Positions 27,807-32,000 of a stretch of DNA of 32,000 nucleotides are shown here, in pieces. The position numbers and the translations under genes were made by a program. The first letter of the stretch is position 1. Each line of letters starts with the position of its first letter. Origin of the DNA: Burkholderiaceae bacterium (lineage in GTDB: Bacteria; Pseudomonadota; Gammaproteobacteria; Burkholderiales; Burkholderiaceae_E); the NCBI GenBank assembly GCA_016710525.1, contig JADJVQ010000038.1:13986-45985 (forward strand), in the 5' to 3' direction. The notes under the pieces were generated by a model. That model had not been told where the DNA came from, did not search any database, and saw only the letters and a list, made by a program, of their open reading frames with translations.

Positions 27807-28673
27807 ATGCCCGCCAGCCGCCTGCTTCGCGACCGCACCGCCCGATGGATCGGGGTCGTGGCGGCCGCCCTCCTGACCGGCGGTGTCGCCGCGGCAAAAC
27901 CCTATGGCCCCGGCACCGGCAGCGCGGCTGCGCACATGGCCTCGAGTGCCGCCATGACCTGCGAAGCCCGAAGCCCCGAACACACCGTGGCCCTGCTGGA
28001 GCTGTTCACCTCGGAGGGCTGCAGCAGCTGCCCGCCCGCCGACCGCTGGCTGCAGGGCCTGAAGGGCCAGGGCTTGGGCCTGGACAAAGTGGTGCCCCTG
28101 TCGCTGCATGTCGGGTACTGGGACGCGATCGGCTGGAAGGATCCATATGCCCAGGCACGCTTCACCGATCGCCAGCGCGATTACGCCCGCCAGCAGCGCG
28201 CCGCTTCGGTCTACACGCCCCAGGTCGTTCTGGCGGGCCAGGATTTCCGCCGCTGGGGCGACGCCGAACTGCGCAGCGCGCTGGCCAAGCTTGCCGGCAA
28301 GCCGGCCGGTGCGCGGATCACGCTCGAGGGCTCGACGGTGGGACGTGCGGTGCGCATCCGGGCCGATGCGCAGCTGCAGGCCGCCGCATCCGCGTCGGGT
28401 GTCCCGGCCCCGTCATCGCAGCTGCACCTGGTGGTGTTCGAATCCGGACTGCAAAACCAGGTCACCCGAGGCGAAAACCGTGGCGCGACACTGACCCATG
28501 ACGCCGTGGTCCGCCACTGGCAGGGCCCGATCGCGCTCAGCCAGGGCAAGGCTGCAGCAAGCGAGATCGTCGGCCTGGCCGAACCGGGCGATCGGCGCAC
28601 GCTGGGGGTCGCGGCCTTCGTGCAGAACGACCGCGGCGAGGTGCTGCAGGCAACGGCCTGCGTGATGCAGTGA
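27807..28673 (+). CDS. DUF1223 domain-containing secreted protein (thioredoxin-like fold family)
   Basis: Start ATG 27807 follows GGAG. A signal peptide is followed by the hallmark ELFTSEGCSSCPPADRWL. Confidence 0.8.
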   Translation: MPASRLLRDRTARWIGVVAAALLTGGVAAAKPYGPGTGSAAAHMASSAAMTCEARSPEHTVALLELFTSEGCSSCPPADRWLQGLKGQGLGLDKVVPLSLHVGYWDAIGWKDPYAQARFTDRQRDYARQQRAASVYTPQVVLAGQDFRRWGDAELRSALAKLAGKPAGARITLEGSTVGRAVRIRADAQLQAAASASGVPAPSSQLHLVVFESGLQNQVTRGENRGATLTHDAVVRHWQGPIALSQGKAAASEIVGLAEPGDRRTLGVAAFVQNDRGEVLQATACVMQ

Positions 28674-28724
28674 CGACCGGTCAGGCCGCGCCCGCCCGAT
28701 TGCGCCTGCGCGCCGGCAGCCCGC

Positions 28725-30329
28725 TCACGCGCCGCGACGGGTGTCCGCTTCGCGCTCGCGCAGCTTGAAGCGCTGGATCTTGCCGGTCGCGGTCTTGGGC
28801 AGCTCTGGCACGAATTCGATCAGCCGCGGGTACTTGTAGGGCGCCAGCCGCTCCTTGACGAAGGCCTTGAGTTCGTCGTCATCGGCCGCCGCACCCGGCT
28901 TGAGCACGACGAAGGCCTTGGTGCGGGTCAGGCCATCGGGGTCCGGCACGCCGATCACGGCGGCCTCGAGCACCGCCGGATGCTGCACCAGCGTGGCCTC
29001 GACCTCGAACGGCGAGACGTAGATGCCGCTCACCTTGAGCATGTCGTCGCTGCGCCCGCTGTAGGTGTAGCTGCCGTCGGCATTGCGCACGTATTTGTCG
29101 CCGCTGCGGGTCCATTCGCCCTGGAAGGTCTCGCGCGACTTGACCCGGTTGCCCCAGTACATCACCGCGGCACTGGGGCCCCGGATGTACAGGTCGCCGG
29201 TATCGCCATCGGGCACCGCCCGCCCGTCATCGCCGCGCAGTTCGATGTCGTAGCCGGGCACCGGCCAGCCGGTCGTGCCATACCGCACCCGGCCGGGCTG
29301 GTTCGACAGAAAGATGTGCAGCATTTCGGTGGAGCCGATGCCATCGATGATCTCGACGCCGAAATGCGCGGTGAATCGCTCGCCCAGATCGGCAGGCAGC
29401 GCTTCGCCGGCCGAAGATGCCAGACGCAGTGCCACCCGCGAACGCGCCGGCAGCGCGGGCGAGGCCAGCATGCCCGCGAAGCCGGTGGGCGCGCCAAAAA
29501 AGACGGTCGGGCGATGGTCGATCCAGCGCCGGAACACCGCATCGGGCGTGGCCCGTTCGGCCATCAGCACCACGGTGGCGCCCACGCTGAGCGGGAAGCT
29601 CAGCGAGTTGCCCAGGCCGTAGGCGAAAAACAGCTTCGCCGCCGAGAACAGCACATCGGATTCCTTCAGGCCCAGGACGGGCGTGCCGTACAGCTCGGCG
29701 GTCCAGTACGCATTGGCGTGCGTGTGCAGCGCCCCTTTGGGCCGGCCGGTGGACCCTGACGAATAGAGCCAGAAGCCGGGATCGTCCGGACCGGTGCCGG
29801 CGGGCGCGGGCATCGGCGCCTGCTGCGCCAGCAGCGGGCCCAGCGCGAGCGTGGCCGGCGAGGATGGCGCGCCGGCCGGCTCGCCCGCACCGCCGGACAC
29901 GATCACCGTGCCCACCTCATGGCCGCCCTGCCCCTCGGCCAGCGCCATCGCGGCCTGCAGCATCGGCAGCAGCGAGGCCGACACCAGCGCGGCCTGGGCA
30001 CGGCTGTTGCGCAGCATGTACGCATAGTCGTCGGCGGTCAGCAGCGTATTGACCGCCACCGGCACGATGCCCGCGTACAGGGCGCCCAGGAAACTGACGG
30101 GCCAGTCGATGCCATCGGTCATCAGCAGCAGCACACGCTCCTCGCGGCGCACGCCGCAGGCCCGCAGTGCGGCCGCCATCCGGCGGACCTGGTCGGCCAG
30201 ATCGCCATAACTCAGCTGCCCATGGTCATCGATGAAGGCCGTCTTCGCCGGCCGTTGGGCGTTGCGCTCGATGAGATGCTGCGCAAAGTTGAATCGCTCA
30301 CCGGGTGGCGGCACGTGTCGGTCGGTCAT
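28725..30329 (-). CDS. bclA: Benzoate-CoA ligase
   Basis: I prefer the start MTDRHVPPPGERFNFAQHL at 30329 (AGGAGA SD). Motifs YSSGSTGRPKG, DGIGSTE, SGDKY and TATGKIQRFKLR are present. It sits next to boxR and boxC. Confidence 0.85.
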   Translation of the reverse strand: MTDRHVPPPGERFNFAQHLIERNAQRPAKTAFIDDHGQLSYGDLADQVRRMAAALRACGVRREERVLLLMTDGIDWPVSFLGALYAGIVPVAVNTLLTADDYAYMLRNSRAQAALVSASLLPMLQAAMALAEGQGGHEVGTVIVSGGAGEPAGAPSSPATLALGPLLAQQAPMPAPAGTGPDDPGFWLYSSGSTGRPKGALHTHANAYWTAELYGTPVLGLKESDVLFSAAKLFFAYGLGNSLSFPLSVGATVVLMAERATPDAVFRRWIDHRPTVFFGAPTGFAGMLASPALPARSRVALRLASSAGEALPADLGERFTAHFGVEIIDGIGSTEMLHIFLSNQPGRVRYGTTGWPVPGYDIELRGDDGRAVPDGDTGDLYIRGPSAAVMYWGNRVKSRETFQGEWTRSGDKYVRNADGSYTYSGRSDDMLKVSGIYVSPFEVEATLVQHPAVLEAAVIGVPDPDGLTRTKAFVVLKPGAAADDDELKAFVKERLAPYKYPRLIEFVPELPKTATGKIQRFKLREREADTRRGA

Positions 30330-30481
30330 GCGGGTTGTCTCCTGGTGGCGGTTCAGGTTGACCGCTGTCGATGGGCAGGCTGACGGCTTGCCTTGAAGTG
30401 CAAGAGGCATTATTGTGCCTAGAAGCAGAATAAAACCTCGAAGACATCATGTCAAGCACTATAATGCATCCCATCGCGCGA
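30330..30481. promoter_or_regulatory. Divergent bclA/boxR control region, locally AT-rich, with candidate BoxR operator motifs
   Basis: TGCA at 30399..30402. Inverted repeat AGGCA-N6-TGCCT at 30405..30420. Perfect TATAAT at 30460..30465, embedded in AGCACTATAATGCA (30455..30468). The region from ~30405 to 30470 is much more AT-rich than its surroundings. Confidence 0.4.
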
Positions 30482-31414
30482 ATGCCTCGATCGCCCGCCC
30501 CGGCGCTCGAGGCCGTATCGCCCTCGGCCGCGCAAGCCGGCGCCGAGGAGAAGAATCCCTTCCTGGTCGCGCTGGGCGATCGTGTGCGTGCCCTGCGCGC
30601 TCGCCGCGGCATGACCCGCAAGGCGGTCGCCCAGTCCGCGGAGGTTTCGGAACGCCACCTCGCCAACCTCGAGTACGGCATCGGCAATGCGTCGATCCTG
30701 GTGCTGCTGCAGGTCGCCGGCGCGCTGCATTGTTCGCTGGCGGAGCTGCTGGGCGACGTCACCACCAGTTCCCCCGAATGGCTGCTGATCCGCGAACTGC
30801 TGGGTGATCGCGACGAAGCCACGCTGCACCGGGTGCGGGTTGCCGTGGGCGAGATGCTGGGCACCGGTGGGGACAATGCCGCGCGCAGCCCGCGCGTGGC
30901 GCTGATCGGGCTGCGCGGCGCCGGCAAGTCAACGCTCGGTCAGATGCTGGCCCAGGACCTCGGTTTTCCTTACGTCGAACTGAGCCGCGAGATCGAGAAG
31001 TTTGCCGGCTGCAGCATTGCCGAGATCCAGGCACTGTATGGCGCCAACGCCTATCGCCGCTACGAGCGCCGGGCGCTGGAAGAAACGATCCAGCTCTACC
31101 CGGAGGCCGTGATCGCCACCCCGGGCGGCCTGGTCTCGGATCCGGCCACCTTCAACCTGCTGCTGGCCCATTGCACCACGGTCTGGCTGCAGGCCGACCC
31201 CGAAGACCACATGAAACGGGTCGCGGCTCAAGGCGACATGCGTCCGATGGCCGCCAGTACCGAGGCCATGCAGGACCTCAAGGGCATCCTGGCCGGACGG
31301 GCCGCGTTCTATTCGAAGGCCGACCTGCGCCTGGACACCAGCGCCCAGCCGCTGGCCGCCACTTTCCGGATGCTGCGCGACCAGGTCCGCCAGTCGCTCG
31401 ACCTGCCGATCTGA
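30449..31414 (+). CDS. boxR: BzdR/BoxR-type regulator: XRE-family HTH fused to a shikimate-kinase-like domain
   Basis: HTH segment MTRKAVAQSAEVSERHLANLEYGIGNASILVLLQVAGAL. P-loop kinase-like domain LIGLRGAGKSTLGQMLA. Located between bclA and boxC. The start is ambiguous (ATG at 30449, 30464 or 30482). Confidence 0.8.
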   Translation: MSSTIMHPIARMPRSPAPALEAVSPSAAQAGAEEKNPFLVALGDRVRALRARRGMTRKAVAQSAEVSERHLANLEYGIGNASILVLLQVAGALHCSLAELLGDVTTSSPEWLLIRELLGDRDEATLHRVRVAVGEMLGTGGDNAARSPRVALIGLRGAGKSTLGQMLAQDLGFPYVELSREIEKFAGCSIAEIQALYGANAYRRYERRALEETIQLYPEAVIATPGGLVSDPATFNLLLAHCTTVWLQADPEDHMKRVAAQGDMRPMAASTEAMQDLKGILAGRAAFYSKADLRLDTSAQPLAATFRMLRDQVRQSLDLPI

Positions 31415-31518
31415 AAATCGTGATGCAACAAAATGCTTGTTGACCTCATTCGAATGCACTATGCTGCGCCTCCTGACAGCTGCGATGCAGGCGACTGCGT
31501 CTTCATGAGGAGCCCCGA
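31415..31518 (+). promoter_or_regulatory. boxC upstream region with TGCA repeats and a candidate sigma-70 promoter
   Basis: TGCA at 31424..31427, 31455..31458 and 31486..31489. TGCACTAT at 31455..31462 shares GCACTAT with the boxR-proximal site. Candidate -35 TTGTTG (31437..31442), 17-nt spacer, -10 TATGCT (31460..31465). GAGGAG SD at 31507..31512. Confidence 0.35.
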
Positions 31519-32000
31519 GTGACCACCACCCTTCGCGTGAACTACCAGACCGAGCCCGCGCTGTACCGGCACTGGAAGCTCGAGTTCGACGGTCCGATCG
31601 CCACCTTGCGTGCCGACTTCGACGAAAACGCCGGGCTGCGTCCCGGCTACAAGCTCAAGCTCAACAGCTACGACCTGGGCGTGGACATCGAACTGAACGA
31701 CGCGATCAACCGCATCCGCTTCGAGCATCCCGAGGTGCGCACCGTGGTGGTCACCAGCGCCAAGGAGAAGGTGTTCTGTTCGGGCGCCAACATCTTCATG
31801 CTCGGGGTCTCCAGTCATGCCTGGAAGGTCAACTTCTGCAAGTTCACCAACGAGACGCGCAATGGCCTGGAGGACTCCTCGACCCACAGCGGCCTGAAGT
31901 TCCTGGCGGCCGTCAACGGTGCCTGCGCCGGCGGCGGCTACGAACTCGCGCTCGCCTGCGACCAGATCGTGCTGGTGGACGACCGCTCGTCCTCGGTCAG
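31519..32000 (+). CDS. boxC: Benzoyl-CoA-dihydrodiol lyase (2,3-epoxybenzoyl-CoA dihydrolase), N-terminal part; continues beyond the window end
   Basis: Absent from the ORF track because it is open at the window end. From GTG 31519 it reads TTTLRVNYQTEPALYRHWKLEFDGPIATLRADFDENAGLRPGYKLKLNSYDLGVDIELNDAINRIRFEHPEVRTVVVTS..NGACAGGGYELALACD. This is a crotonase fold and matches BoxC as I recall it. Confidence 0.85.
   Translation, partial: MTTTLRVNYQTEPALYRHWKLEFDGPIATLRADFDENAGLRPGYKLKLNSYDLGVDIELNDAINRIRFEHPEVRTVVVTSAKEKVFCSGANIFMLGVSSHAWKVNFCKFTNETRNGLEDSSTHSGLKFLAAVNGACAGGGYELALACDQIVLVDDRSSSV

Overview
This is a high-GC, almost fully coding chromosomal window of betaproteobacterial (Burkholderiales-like) character. 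A Bug/TctC-family receptor remnant, box-pathway benzoate genes (bclA, boxR, boxC) and a bchE-bchJ pair suggest a phototrophic, benzoate-using Rubrivivax-like organism; that is inference from gene content only. I call 25 CDS (one tentative small ORF, two running off the window ends) and 3 damaged genes. I saw no rRNA, tRNA, CRISPR, transposase, integrase, phage or recognisable defence genes. Gene order, left to right: amino-acid ABC binding protein (partial); aspA remnant; acyl-CoA synthetase; SDR epimerase; LysR regulator; flavin reductase; DadA-like FAD oxidoreductase; enoyl-CoA hydratase; subtilase autotransporter; Nudix-MBL fusion; bchJ and bchE; 2-hydroxyacid dehydrogenase; a VOC / DenD-like SDR / MFS operon; Bug remnant; frameshifted CaiB-type CoA-transferase; acyl-CoA dehydrogenase; MATE; short MetE-like protein; alanine dehydrogenase; PaaK-like adenylating enzyme; small secreted ORF; DUF1223; bclA, boxR, boxC. 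I did not find a convincing novel multi-gene system. The signals most worth a second look are: (1) the bchE upstream region, with an exact PpsR/CrtJ palindrome inside a nest of TGTC/GACA repeats; (2) a 91-nt tract of pure G/C with a strong G-quadruplex motif that replaces the 5' end of aspA; (3) three independently damaged genes; (4) a small signal-peptide ORF with a strong SD upstream of a PaaK-like ligase whose reading frame runs 74 nt into ald; (5) shared GCACTAT/TGCA motifs at the two box promoters. Many very long ORFs in the track are antisense or out-of-frame shadows typical of high-GC DNA and were rejected.
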